The notes under the pieces were generated by a model. It worked only from the letters and a program-made list of their open reading frames with translations, searched no databases and was not told where the DNA came from. 64,000 nt of DNA, taken from assembly GCA_001662655.1 (NCBI GenBank), contig KV460260.1; one strand, written 5' to 3'. This DNA comes from Pseudogymnoascus verrucosus. Lineage: Eukaryota. A program made the translations under genes and the position numbers. Shown here piece after piece: positions 50,320 through 62,277 of this stretch (within the stretch, counting starts at the first letter, position 1; each line of letters starts with the position of its first letter).

Positions 50320-50767
50320 CTATGCGGCTTCCGACGTCGTTGTTATAGTAGTACCAGTCTGCGATTCAAGCATATTGCCAGACCACCTCGACCCTTTAGA
50401 CTTCATCTGCGATGCGAATTGTTCGAGCTCGATCTTCGTGATATGCTCGCCCGGCACAACGACCAGACCCAGATAGCGGGATGTCATTTCCAACGTGACT
50501 GAGCCAGCGCCGGAAGCTTGTGGAAGGGAGGATTCTGAGGGTAGGCGGTATTCGTAGGTATGTGCGATGATGATGTTACGATCCTATCCCGTCAATGTTA
50601 GCTGCGGGGTGCCCGGAATGTGCTGTAGAGAAGAGGGGGGAAATGGCTACCGAATCTGTGCATTTGAACTCGCCGAGGAACATTCGCTTGTCTGTCGTTG
50701 TCACACGAAGGCTCTTGTTTAAAAGACCATTGAGGTAATCCTTTGCCTCGGCGTTTGTAGTCGCCAT
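50320..50767 (-). CDS. MAK31: LSM-domain NatC auxiliary subunit (Mak31/Naa38), 2 exons
   Basis: LNKSLRVTTTDKRMFLGEFKCTDS|DRNIIIAHTYEYR..SRYLGLVVVPGEHITKIE. Confidence 0.85.
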
Positions 50768-51112
50768 CTTGCTCAGACGTTGGTGGTATCAAAATTTTGG
50801 TTGTCCACCTCGGAGTGACAAGACGCTGATATCCATGAGCGATACCGATAACGATAAGCACGTTAAATACCTCACGTGACTTCGCGTTAAGTACGTCACG
50901 AAACCCCAATGACTCGTCGAGACGGCGAATGGATGCCTTCAGTAGTTAAATCTCGGGGCATCGACGACGAAACTGCTAACATGATGCCCGAAGTCTCCGT
51001 AAACTGCGTCAAGTCACTTTGCTGATATTTCAGCAAAGGCAACGTCCGGATCGACTCCTACGACACAAACCTCCTCACTGCCTTCGAGAGAAACCCGCCA
51101 CCTTCATGAACG

Positions 51113-54100
51113 ATGGGTGTGACCCAACTCTGGTCGGTGCTGCACCCCTGCGCCAGGCCCACGAAGCTGGAAGCTCTCAACCGCAAGCGCCTCGCGGTTG
51201 ACGCGTCGATTTGGATATACCAGTTCCTAAAAGCCGTGCGCGACAAGGAGGGGAATGCGCTGCGCAACTCCCACGTCGTTGGCTTCTTCCGGCGCATCTG
51301 CAAGCTGCTGTATTTCGGCATCAAACCGGTGTTTGTCTTCGATGGCGGCGCGCCTGTGCTGAAACGCCAGACGATTCTGGGCCGGAAGAGACGGAGAGAG
51401 GGGAGACGCGATGATGCGACGAGGACGGCGGGGAAGCTGCTTGCGATGCAGATGCAGCGGGTGGCGGAAGAGGCGGAGGAGAAACGAAAACGTGAGATTG
51501 AGGTTAGAGGTCGTCCTACGGAAACTGTGGAGGACGAGGAGCTACCGGATGATCAGAACTTGGTCTATGTGGACGAGTTAGGCATGTCGAACCAGGAGAG
51601 GCAACAGAGTCGGAAGTTTGTGAAGAAGGATCAATACCATTTACCGGATTTGAATGGTGATATTTCAAATATGGGACAGCCGAATGATCCTCGGATTATG
51701 TCTGCAGAAGAGCTGGAGGAGTTCGCCAGGCAGCATAATAGCGGAGAGAACGTGGACTTGTATGACTTCAGCAAAATCGATTTTGACGGAGACTTTTTCA
51801 AGTGTTTGCCGCCTGCTGACAGATACAATATCCTTAATGCTGCCAGGTTGAGATCTAGGCTCAGAATGGGGTTGAGCAAAGAGCAACTTGAAGAGATGTT
51901 TCCGGACAGGATGGCATTCTCGAAATTTCAAGTCGACAGAGTGAGGGAACGAAATGAATTAACGCAGCGATTGATGAACTTGAATGGGATGAACGCCGAA
52001 GAGGCCATGTTCGGCGTGGGCAATGGTAGGATTGCTGGCGAAAGAGGACGAGAATACATGCTTGTAAAGAATGACGGAGTAGAAGGAGGATGGGCATTGG
52101 GTGTTGTTAGCAAGGATAGAGACCAAGGGGAACGAAACAAGCCGATAGACGTTGATGCTTTGCATGAACGAAAACAGGTTAAACCGACAGACGAAGAGCT
52201 CGAGGATGACGATGAGTTCGAAGATGTCCCCGTCGAAGGACTCAATCGGCTTCCCACGGAGCAAGCGCGATTCCAGAGACAAATGGACCAGGTTAGGGCG
52301 CTCCAACAAGCTGACGAGGACGCTGCGCAAAAGGTTCGAGCTCCGACAAACTCTCTTTTTGTAGAACAAGACGGGGCCGAAGACTTATTCGAAGAGAGCG
52401 AGCAAGTCGACGAAGAAGAAGAGCTGAATCGTGCGATTGCGATGTCGTTGCAGAAAAGCTTTGCGGCCGAGGAATCTGAAGAGGAAGCCGATTTTGAAGA
52501 TGTTCAGATGCCCTCATATGAGCAGAAGTCTGCTAAAGACCACCGGCCACTTCAAAAGAGTAGTGGGAATGGGTTGATACATATTGTCAATAATAGGGCC
52601 AATGCTGCGGTGCCAAAACGCATGGCTGCCGAGAGCAGCGACGAGGAAGAGAACCTACAAGATATTCTTGCTCGAGCGAGGAAGCAGAAGGCTGTTGCTA
52701 AGCAAATGGCTCCATCGGTGCCTACCTCCTCGCTGGGCGCTGCTGGAAATCCGTTCGGGGGGGCTCTACCATTTGAGAAACTCGATTTGAAGAAATCCAT
52801 ATTCAGTGGATATGCCAAGGCCCGCCCAAACCAGGCCAAAAGTACGGAAAAGGAAAAGGACAATGAAGATTTGGCTGGGGGATTTGAGCGTGAGGGTAGC
52901 GTCGAAAAGGCAAGACCTCTTCCACCGTGGCTGGCCAGTACCGGGGATATTCGATCAGATGTCAAAGAGCAGATGGCCAAAGATCAGCGAGTGAATGCTG
53001 CAGATTACGAGAGGCGTTTGGAGGAGGAGAAAATGTATAGGCGTGATCATGGCGTCATTGAGATCGAGTCTTCAGATGAAGGCAGTGACGTTGAGATCGT
53101 CGAAGCGCCTGCACCGAAGGTTGCTGCTACCGATGGAAGGTTATCACCCTCCAGCAAAGAGAAATCCGTGCAAGGTTCTATTACCAGCATAAGTAATAGG
53201 CCAGTTGATATATCGCAACAACATGCCGAAAAAAGCACCCCACCCATGCTGGAAGAGAGAGTCCACGAGACAAACCTGCCTTCAGAAGAGGAGCCCGTTG
53301 AATGGTCAGAAAGTGACCGAGACGAGCCTTCAGTAAAACAACGGCAAAGTGAGAGTTCTGGATTGCCCAGGGAAGTTTTACCATCGAAGGCAGCGGCCAA
53401 TGAAAAAAGCCCCTCTCCTACATTTAAGGATGTCGAAATACATGAACCAACAACAGCAGCGGCGCCTCCCACTGTCCAAGGGCAAGAAGATATCTTTACC
53501 GCAGAGAATGACGACGCTTTTGACCAACAGGCTGCTCATACAATTTCTGATGATGAGTTTGGCGACTTCAGCGACCCTGAAGACGAGGAATTACTTGCAC
53601 ATCTTGCACTCGAAGCAGAAGAACACGCACGTTTTGCTAGTAGCCTCAACAACAAGGCTCCAGAGGTAAACCAGGAAGACTATGAGCGAGAGCTCAGACA
53701 GCTTCGCAACCAGCAAAAGAAAGACCGTCGTGATGCAGACGAGGTATCCCATATCATGGTCACAGAATGCCAAGCGCTTCTCCGTCTATTCGGCCTGCCA
53801 TACATCACAGCCCCCATGGAAGCCGAAGCCCAATGTGCCGAGCTCGTCACACTCGGCCTGGTTGACGGAATCATCACCGACGATTCGGATGTCTTCCTCT
53901 TCGGCGGCACACGCGTCTACAAAAACATGTTCAACAGCAACAAATTCGTCGAATGCTACCTCGCCTCCGACCTCGAAAAAGAGCTCTCGCTACCCCGCGA
54001 CAAACTCATCGAATTCGCACACCTTCTAGGCAGCGATTACACCGAAGGCCTTCCTGGCATCGGTCCCGTCACAGCTCTAGAAATCATCTCCGAATTCCCC

Positions 54101-54802
54101 TCATCTGATGGCCTGCAAGAGTTCAAAGATTGGTGGTACGATGTGCAGCACAATCAGCGCCCTAAGGAAGCAGATAGCACCTCATCCTTCCGTAGAAAAT
54201 TCCGGAAATCCCAAGCCTCAAAGCTCTTCCTCCCCCCCGCCTTCCCGAGCAAAGCAGTCACAGAAGCATACCTCCACGCGGACGTAGACAGCACCCCCGA
54301 CCCCTTCCAATGGGGCGTCCCGGATCTAGATAACCTGCGCTCCTTCCTCATGGCCACGATAGGCTGGACACCCGAGCGCACGGATGAAGTCCTCGTCCCC
54401 GTCATCCAAGACATGAATCGTCGCGAAGCGGAAGGGACACAGGCGAATATCACGCGGTACTTTGATGGTGCCGTTGGGGCGGGCGCGAGGAGTGGTGCGG
54501 TGGGTGCGAATAGGGGGAAGGGGAGTAAGAGGATGAGTGCTGCGGTGAGGAAGTTGAAGGCGACGAGTGGGGGTGGGGGGTTGGATAGGACGTTTGCGGA
54601 TGAGGCGGCGGAGTGGGCGAGGAAGAATGAGTTGAGTGAGGCGGCGCAGGTGGCGAAGCAGGGGAAGAAGAAGACGAGGAAGAGGGGGGTGAGGGAGGAG
54701 GAGGAGGGGGAGGCGGATGATGAGGGTGTGGATGGTGTAGAGGAGTCTGCTGGTGCTGAGGGGCAGACGAAGAGCAAGAGGGCGAAAAGGGGGAAGGCCT
54801 AG
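51113..54802 (+). CDS. RAD2: XPG/Rad2 nucleotide-excision-repair endonuclease
   Basis: MGVTQLW, LAVDASIW, PVFVFDG, APMEAEAQCA, TDDSDVFLFG, LLGSDYT, UIM-like EEEELNRAIAMSL, PIP box QANITRYF. Confidence 0.97.
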   Translation: MGVTQLWSVLHPCARPTKLEALNRKRLAVDASIWIYQFLKAVRDKEGNALRNSHVVGFFRRICKLLYFGIKPVFVFDGGAPVLKRQTILGRKRRREGRRDDATRTAGKLLAMQMQRVAEEAEEKRKREIEVRGRPTETVEDEELPDDQNLVYVDELGMSNQERQQSRKFVKKDQYHLPDLNGDISNMGQPNDPRIMSAEELEEFARQHNSGENVDLYDFSKIDFDGDFFKCLPPADRYNILNAARLRSRLRMGLSKEQLEEMFPDRMAFSKFQVDRVRERNELTQRLMNLNGMNAEEAMFGVGNGRIAGERGREYMLVKNDGVEGGWALGVVSKDRDQGERNKPIDVDALHERKQVKPTDEELEDDDEFEDVPVEGLNRLPTEQARFQRQMDQVRALQQADEDAAQKVRAPTNSLFVEQDGAEDLFEESEQVDEEEELNRAIAMSLQKSFAAEESEEEADFEDVQMPSYEQKSAKDHRPLQKSSGNGLIHIVNNRANAAVPKRMAAESSDEEENLQDILARARKQKAVAKQMAPSVPTSSLGAAGNPFGGALPFEKLDLKKSIFSGYAKARPNQAKSTEKEKDNEDLAGGFEREGSVEKARPLPPWLASTGDIRSDVKEQMAKDQRVNAADYERRLEEEKMYRRDHGVIEIESSDEGSDVEIVEAPAPKVAATDGRLSPSSKEKSVQGSITSISNRPVDISQQHAEKSTPPMLEERVHETNLPSEEEPVEWSESDRDEPSVKQRQSESSGLPREVLPSKAAANEKSPSPTFKDVEIHEPTTAAAPPTVQGQEDIFTAENDDAFDQQAAHTISDDEFGDFSDPEDEELLAHLALEAEEHARFASSLNNKAPEVNQEDYERELRQLRNQQKKDRRDADEVSHIMVTECQALLRLFGLPYITAPMEAEAQCAELVTLGLVDGIITDDSDVFLFGGTRVYKNMFNSNKFVECYLASDLEKELSLPRDKLIEFAHLLGSDYTEGLPGIGPVTALEIISEFPSSDGLQEFKDWWYDVQHNQRPKEADSTSSFRRKFRKSQASKLFLPPAFPSKAVTEAYLHADVDSTPDPFQWGVPDLDNLRSFLMATIGWTPERTDEVLVPVIQDMNRREAEGTQANITRYFDGAVGAGARSGAVGANRGKGSKRMSAAVRKLKATSGGGGLDRTFADEAAEWARKNELSEAAQVAKQGKKKTRKRGVREEEEGEADDEGVDGVEESAGAEGQTKSKRAKRGKA

Positions 54803-54971
54803 GCTGCCGGGGTAGTTTTTATATTTGTAGACATATATGAGAGATTGGCAGTAGACCACAATAATACCCACAGCCTTGGGAGCTGTAAATGATTTTATAA
54901 GCCTTCGCAATTTTCCAATACTTTACCCATGCCATCCATAAAAATCTAATCTAAAGCGCCCGTCTACCCTT

Positions 54972-56432
54972 CTAAACTATAATATCTAGTACCTCCCCCC
55001 CATTCGCAACCTTCTCAACCCTCATCCACCCCCCACTCTCCACCCGCACAATAAGCCCATCAACACAAACCCTCAACCACTTCCCCTCATTCCCCTCCAC
55101 CGCCGCCTCTTTGAAATCAATTTTCAGCGCCTCAACCTCTTCATATCCCACCAATCCATCGTTTCTATTCACATGCTTCCCGCCGCTGTATGCGTCTGTC
55201 ATGACGCTCATAATCTCGTCGCCGGACCCGGAATCGAAGTGAACTACCCTCATCACCTCATCCAGCGGTGTTGTGTGTGGCGATATCGTAAACGTCTTCT
55301 CGAGATTCGAAACGAGGGCGCAGAGGATATACGCATGCGTCTCCCTCTCCACCACCCTCTCCTTCCCCCCAGACGTAATCGTCAACCCCGCCTTATACCG
55401 ATGCGGCTTCCCCAACAACTCCTGCGCCACAATCCCAAACCTCTTATCCCCATGCTTCCGCAACTCAGCGGTATCGGAATCGGCGACGAGGGTAGAATGG
55501 AAACCATACGACGCGACTATACACCCGTGGAGTGTGTTATTAGGGAGAGGCGTAGCGATGCGTCCTTCGCTCGTGAGGAGGGATGCAGAGGAGAAGGTGG
55601 CGCGGAAGTGGGGGAGCGGGCGCGAAGAGGGGAGGAGGAGGGTGGTGAGGGCGTGGTAGAGGGGGGAGGATGGGGGGGTGGGGAGGCGATGGGTCGAGTG
55701 GAAGAGGGCGTTGCCGGTGCCGAAGGGGAAGAGTGCTATGGATGGGCGGGCGTATGTGCTGGTGTTGCGTTAGCTGGTGTTTTCTTATTAGAGGTGGGAG
55801 GGGGGAGGGGGGAAGGGGGTGTAGTACCTAGAAACCTCAGCGCCTACAAGTCCATTCAACAGCTCCACTACCCCTCCATCTCCACTCAGTAGGATAACAG
55901 TTTGTCGCACCCCCCTCCCCGCCTTCTCACGCAGTGTCCCCCCCGCGAGTTCCGTGATCGTCTCACTCGATGTGGTGTGTACGACTTGATAGCCATCTTC
56001 GCCCAGTCCCAACACTTTCAGCGCAGGCGCGAGGACGGATTCGAAGAACGCTGCCGCTTTTCCTGTACCGGATTTGGAAGAGATGACGACGTGAATGTCT
56101 TCTGCTGGGAGGGAGAGGTGGGGAGTAGGCGAGCTGAGAAGGTGCTTGGAGATGAATGCCTCTGGTGCGCCGAGGAGGGTTGTCTGGTGTAGTTGGACGT
56201 CTGGGACGGGGAGGGCGGTGTTTTCTGGCGTGGAGACGGTGGGGATGGTGTAGACTGTGTGTGCTGGAGGGGTAGTCGATGTGGGGATGATGGCTAGAAT
56301 ATCGCTTTCGAGGATGGAGCCTTTATCCTCGCCGTTGCTGACGGTGCCTGGCGCCTTTATCCATGTGAGAGCGTTATTTTCATAACTGAACCCCACGGGT
56401 TCACCGTTGACGGCAGCTTCAGAGGTAGACAT
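54972..56432 (-). CDS. Diacylglycerol/sphingosine kinase-like (DAGKc) protein; intron 55759-55827
   Basis: ISSKSGTG, LSGDGGVVELLNGL, PFGTGNAL, SYGFHSTLVADSD, RVCVDG. Confidence 0.88.
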
Positions 56433-57495
56433 GGCTATGACAAGGAAAGGAGGATTTGATATATATCAAAGCTTGGAAGACAACAGATAGTGAACGAAGG
56501 GGTCTACCCCTCCGCCTAAAACTGTCAGTCGCTGTGTTGATAAGCACACAAATTAGGTTACTGTAAGCAGCGTCGCATAGAAATAATTGCGCAATCAGGT
56601 GCGACCCCGCGGTCCGTCCCCTGGTTCCTGGTCCCGCCGATTAGATGACGGACTGATAAGATAAGATATCCCCCTCCTCCTATCCACCAGGGTTCTACAC
56701 TCATAACATCCTACATTTTTATCATTTACTTTTGAAGGAAAAAAACGTACATAAAAGGAAGAAGATTCCGCACACTATCCACTATGCCTCATACATGAAC
56801 CAGTAATCAGGCCGAAAGAGTGGGAATGGGAACCACAACTTCCCGCCACACCGAAAGAACTATTGGGACTAAGTCCATGCTTTGGACTGTCTGGGACCCT
56901 ACCATCTCTGACGAGTAGATGGCTGCGGTGGCGGGGATCAACGATGACGGAAACTGTATGACGAGAAGTTTTTCTTGACAAGAAAAGCACGCGGTGACGG
57001 GAACAGAGCAGCAGCAGGAGAGAACCATTCCAGTCCCATCCATCTCCCACCAGTACGGGCAGCAGGATACGGGTATGCGATGAACCGCACTGCATCCGGA
57101 CTGCTCTTCTGTATGTGCCTCTCTGTCTTATTGCATGATGATGATCATGGAAACCCTCGGTGGTTGGCCGCTTCGGCTTCCTTTTACGTTCGGTGTCGAC
57201 GAGTATGGGTAGAGTCATACGAATCCCCCTCCCTAGTCTTACTCACAATCAGCGGCGCAGCAGCAGTGTAGTTAGTATAAGCAAAAGCGATATATTATTC
57301 TATATGCTCTAGATCTCCCCATTATCCCCAGTCTATCCCAGACATCCCGTCCCACATACAGCCATAATGCTAGCTACATACAAGTATTTCCTCTTGTCCC
57401 ATATAGCACAAATTGATATAATATAATCCCACCCAATGCAACCCAAAACGCCACGCTCAACACATTTTAAACAAACCCACCCAAAAACCCCAACC

Positions 57496-59853
57496 CTAAA
57501 TCTGCAACACCAACCCACTTACCAGCGCCAACCCCCCCAAAACCCCCCAGCTCACCACCGCCCTCGCCACCCCAGCGCCCTCCTTCGCCCCCGTCGCAGC
57601 TGTATCGCCCTTCCCACTCCCCGCAGCCGCCAGCCCCAACTCCTCACTCGTATCCCCCCCCTCCTTCCCATCCGCGCCCACCACCGCATCAGGACTCGAG
57701 ACCTTCTTCCCCACCGACTTCGTCTCCCCAATAGGTTCCCCATCCGAATAACTCCCCTGCACACAAGCCTGCCCCGACCCGCCCCCAATGCCCCACGCGA
57801 GCTGCGCGACCGTCTCCCAGACATTCGTCACGTTCGCCAGCATGGCGGGGGTATAGAACATGCGGCAGTTCGCGGATTCGTTGAGGAACTGCATTGGTGT
57901 GTCGCTGCCGGGGTGGTAGCCGCTGCGGAAGTTGACGGTGGGGGGTTGGGACATGGCGATGGGGAATTTTCCGGGGAGGTAGGGAAGCCATTTCTTCTTC
58001 TGCTCTGTGGTGCCGAAATCAGCGAGGGTGGCAGCAACGGAGGATTCGATGGCGGCGAAGGGTTCCACGAGGACGCCCTTCGTCCCACCCACAGCCTGCA
58101 TAGGCCCGAATGCTGGACGGCCGCCGAGGACGACGGAGCGGACACCGCCGAGGCGGCGCATGAGGTCGCTGAATACGGCGCAGGTGGAGGCGCAGTAGCC
58201 GTCGTGGAGGAGGATGATATCTTCCGCGGCGTAAGGCTGCGCGGGGACGTCGGCGAGCGGGCCGTAGCCGCTGACGGACTCGATAGTGTCGCCTTGGTAG
58301 AGGTAGGGGTTGGAGAAGTTGTAGCGCATGATTTGGGTGTAAGGAGCGCTGTTGATGACGACGGGGCCCTTCATATCGGCCCAGGAGGCGAAGGCGAGCT
58401 CGTCGGCATCGACGGAGTTGGTGTAGTGAATGGGGGAGAGGTACATGTCGGCGGGGGTGAGGCCGTTGTTGTCGAAGGAGCCGGTGGCTGCGTCGTTGAG
58501 GGTGATGGTGCCGAAGGCTGTGCCGATTATGTCCAGGGCCGTGGAGTAGCGCATGCGTGCGCCGATGTCGGGTTCTTTGGAGGGGAAGAATTGCTTAAAG
58601 GTGTCGTAGCCGAGGAAGAGGGAGCCGCCGCCGTTGGAGGAGACGTCGATGACCATCTTGGTGCGGCCTTTAGATTTGGCGTATTTGAGGAATTTCTGGA
58701 TCAGGGCTTGGAACTCGACGGAGTCGCCGGAGGCGACGGGGTCGAAGGTGTTCATGCTGAGCACGGCGACTTGGTTGAGGCCAAAGCCGCCGAGGAAGAA
58801 GGCGCCGAGCTCGACCTCCTTCTCTGCGTGCTGGATGACGGGTTGGGGGTAGTTTGGCGGGACGAGACGCTTCTCGACATATCTCTTCTTGAGGGACCTC
58901 GAGGATGTCGAGGAAGTTGAAGAAGTTGAAGAAGTGGAGGCGGTCTTGGGGGCAACGAAGGTACTGTAGAAGCTCTTTCCGTCAATGACCTGGGACCATT
59001 CCTCCTTGAGAGCCTTTGGGATAGCGGCGTAGCACTGGATGGTCTTGGCTTTGCCATTGGCCATAGTAGCAGTGAAGTTAGACCCAGGGTAGAACCAGGG
59101 CATGACGAAGGATCCAACTGAGTCAGACTGTTGGCGCGCAAAGAGAACGTTCCAGCGGGCATCTGCGTCGTGGAAGAGCTGATGTTTGGATTCCTTTGTG
59201 AGGTAGTCTACAACAGTCTGTCCATCGATGGACACAATTGGAGACGCATCTGGGTTGGTGAGGTCGGTGGCAAAGTAAACCTGCGGCAATGACTTCCCAT
59301 CAGCGGAAACAGAGATCAACGAGCCCTCGTACGCGCCATTGACAGTACCACCCCGGTACCAATCCAAGGAGCTGTAAAATGTGTTGCCCAGGAAGGTGTA
59401 GTGACCATCAAAAGACAGGCCCGTGATGAGGGCCATCTGCTCCTCAAACTGGTATTGGTTCGTATACTTTCCCGCCTTGATATCGACGATCAACTGGTCG
59501 AGCAAGCCTATGATATCGACGGGCGCATTTGCGTAGCCCTTCCCGGGGTTCTTGATATCGCCGAGGGTTGAGTGGAACTCGCTGAGCTTCTGGAAGTTCT
59601 GGACAGTCGCTACGCCGACATCTGCATCGAAGGGGACGGAGGATAGACATGCCAATCCGGTCTGCGGGGAGACGGGAGTCAGCAGGCACTTCGGGGGACT
59701 TGGGATGGGAGGGACACATACTGCTGCTGGGATAGCATCGCCGCGAAGGTAGAGGTTCCTAACAATAGCACATGGCTCTGTGCCGACTGAAGCAGCCGCC
59801 ACGAGAGAGGCCGCCGATGCCAGGACGGCCGCAATGGCAGCGCGTCGCGCCAT
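57496..59853 (-). CDS. Secreted, probably GPI-anchored fungal peptidase S41-family protein; in-frame 60-nt intron 59662-59721
   Basis: Signal peptide MARRAAIAAV.., FDGHY, IDVSSNGGG, DGYCASTC, GGRP..GPMQAVGGTKG, hydrophobic C-terminus. Confidence 0.88.
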   Translation of the reverse strand: MARRAAIAAVLASAASLVAAASVGTEPCAIVRNLYLRGDAIPAAVCVPPIPSPPKCLLTPVSPQTGLACLSSVPFDADVGVATVQNFQKLSEFHSTLGDIKNPGKGYANAPVDIIGLLDQLIVDIKAGKYTNQYQFEEQMALITGLSFDGHYTFLGNTFYSSLDWYRGGTVNGAYEGSLISVSADGKSLPQVYFATDLTNPDASPIVSIDGQTVVDYLTKESKHQLFHDADARWNVLFARQQSDSVGSFVMPWFYPGSNFTATMANGKAKTIQCYAAIPKALKEEWSQVIDGKSFYSTFVAPKTASTSSTSSTSSTSSRSLKKRYVEKRLVPPNYPQPVIQHAEKEVELGAFFLGGFGLNQVAVLSMNTFDPVASGDSVEFQALIQKFLKYAKSKGRTKMVIDVSSNGGGSLFLGYDTFKQFFPSKEPDIGARMRYSTALDIIGTAFGTITLNDAATGSFDNNGLTPADMYLSPIHYTNSVDADELAFASWADMKGPVVINSAPYTQIMRYNFSNPYLYQGDTIESVSGYGPLADVPAQPYAAEDIILLHDGYCASTCAVFSDLMRRLGGVRSVVLGGRPAFGPMQAVGGTKGVLVEPFAAIESSVAATLADFGTTEQKKKWLPYLPGKFPIAMSQPPTVNFRSGYHPGSDTPMQFLNESANCRMFYTPAMLANVTNVWETVAQLAWGIGGGSGQACVQGSYSDGEPIGETKSVGKKVSSPDAVVGADGKEGGDTSEELGLAAAGSGKGDTAATGAKEGAGVARAVVSWGVLGGLALVSGLVLQI

Positions 59854-61354
59854 GGCGGGGGGTTCGGAGAAAAAAAGAGGGGGGAAACGCAAGACCGAGG
59901 CGGAACAAGGAGCGTGAAAGGGAAAAGGGACTACTAGAGAACACAAAATAAGAGGCACGCAAAGACGCAAGACGCAGAAAGAGCGAAGAAACGACGAGTT
60001 CGACGAAGATATATATGAAGTACAGTAACTAAGAGAGAGAGAGAGAGAGACAGAGTGGAGCGCACGCCCTACCTCTCCAACCTCACCACCGTGTTTCCGA
60101 AATGCGCCTAGCCTCTCCTCGTTGGCTGGAGCTGGATGAGCGGCAGACAGAGGCTGAAGAAAGGGAGGAACAACGCCCCATTGCTTGGCAAGGTCGAGGT
60201 GTTGTGCGTGTTATGTGTGTTGTGCGCTTTGTATGGAGTGGGCAGAATAGCCGGTCTTACTTTTTGCTGGGCGGCGCGTCGTGCATCCTCATCTCCACTG
60301 GGGTCTGTGAGCTGGGGACAACAACAGGGCAGCTGCCAACAACCGCGCGCGGTACAGGAGGCGCCAAGGTGGAGAAGAGGGGCCGTAACAATCCAGATGT
60401 CCACAGTGGTTTGAGGCGGATGCGGCGGAACTGCGGAACTGCGGAACGATGCTGTGGCACTTGTAGTAGAGTTGAAAGGACTGTGCTCGCAAAGGCGCAG
60501 TGGCCAATTGTATGGGGACTCTGGTAAGGGTCAGTGTTGTTTGTTAGTAGAGGGCTGTAAGGGCTGTAAGGGCCAAGGGACCAAGACCCGTCGGAAACAG
60601 GGTGTAATGTTACTTGACTTGCCCTGGATCAAGGCGGATCAGGGCGGTTCAGGCGGGCTTTCCGGTGTTCCTGCAGCGGTGTTTGGACGGTTTCGGAGGA
60701 GTTTGTAAGGAGTTGGTTAGGTTGGGCTGAAAATAACTGTGCATGCATACAATGGATAACTCTGCTGTGCGTCTACTGTAGTCCCAGTACTCGTACATGC
60801 GGAGATGGCATTCAGGGTTCTCTATGGAAGGCTGGATAGCATCATCCCTTGTTGACTTTACATGACAAGACATGTACCCTGCAGGGTGTTTTAGGGTGTT
60901 TTAGTATGGCGGCTAGGGCGAAGGGATTATGGTAAGAACTGTAAGTTAGAGAGAATACTCTAACTTTCTTTACTCTAACTTTATCTAATCCTGTTCCTTT
61001 AATCCTGCTCCTAGACACCCTATGGCCATACATAGAAGGAGGAACGGCGTAGAGTAAGGTTACTTATTCTCCTGTCAGCCTCTACCACACTGTATCACAC
61101 ATAGAATAGTCCTCATATTGTTAAATCTGACCGTACTGACTATACGGACTATACTGATCTACCGACCATACTGGTAATACTAACCATACGGATTATACTA
61201 ACTGACTCTATGATCTCGGGTACACCTAGTCATATGAGACGATAATAGAAAATCAACGTAGATCGACCCTGAACTGAACCGCCTCAGAGCTCTCAGCTGA
61301 GATTTAAATTAGCTGACAGTTTATAGAGTCTATAGTCCATACTAGACTCTACAC

Positions 61355-61494
61355 TAACATGGCCGCAGGAGCGACGGCGTGGGATCAACTCACGCTATAG
61401 CGGTGGTCATGTTAAGTAAAAAACCCCTGATGCTGACAGGAACACGGTGAAACCCCTACTCCGGGTGACAGTGGCAGAGGGAGCAATCACAGTT
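61355..61494 (+). ncRNA. Candidate two-hairpin structured RNA (H/ACA-snoRNA-like)
   Basis: A 12-bp and an 8-bp stem with four G.U pairs around an internal loop, an A-rich hinge, a weaker second hairpin, then ACA+3 nt. Confidence 0.3.
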
Positions 61495-62277
61495 GATCAC
61501 CGCAGCATAGCAATCACCGTGATCACCGGCGAAGAAGAAAGAATAATAGCAAGAATAACAAGCAAACAAAGAAGGCTTGAGTAATTTGAAATTCCCCAGT
61601 ATTATAAAAGCTTGACGGAATTTGGCAGTCAGCCTTGCCAAGTTATAAGACACCACAAGTACCATAGTGTGTGTTTACTCGTACAAAGAAAAGAAGAAAG
61701 CCACTCACTCTCTACCGCTGTCAAGTTGCTTAAAATAGCCAAAAAGACAAAAATCATCTGTCATCTGTCATCCTTCTTCGATCCTTGGATCCTGCTTCCC
61801 TTCTTTCATTTCTCGAGGATCCAAGCGGCTATCACTAACCTAACCACGTGACTACAAATCACGTTACTCCTCCACGCGACGATCCTCGGCTCGGCAGATT
61901 GTTGATGCGAAACAACCTTTTGGTATCTATCACATCTTCCGGCGCCCTCACATTATCTATCGTGCACGCGTCGACAGCCTGACACTTTTGGGGATTTAAA
62001 TTACAGCCACGGGGCATACAACACTCGATACTCGACACTCGGGCTTCATACACTTTTGCTCGACGAGGAGCTTATATACCACCACCACTACGAGCATCAA
62101 CAAAACTACACGCACCGAGTCAACAACAACATCGCCCTCGCCCATGCACCTCAACCTCACAAGGCTACACCTCACCCCCTCCACCCCACCACGCTGAGAT
62201 GCGCCCCTAACAACCACCACCACAACCACAAACCTCACCACACCTGACCCCACGTCACCCCCCACACCCCGCCCACA

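Noticed and set aside
57436..58920. 494-aa plus-strand ORF
   Set aside because: Antisense shadow of the GC-rich S41 gene; no recognisable motifs.
61424..61456. Hammerhead-like CTGATG...GAAAC
   Set aside because: The core is CTGATGC rather than CTGATGA, and the required stems and cleavage triplet could not be built.
62056..62247. His-rich short ORF
   Set aside because: Low-complexity CAC/CAA leader of the Rab gene with a non-ATG start.
59900..62270. Telomerase RNA candidate in the long intergenic gap
   Set aside because: No TAACCCTAA-type template on either strand.
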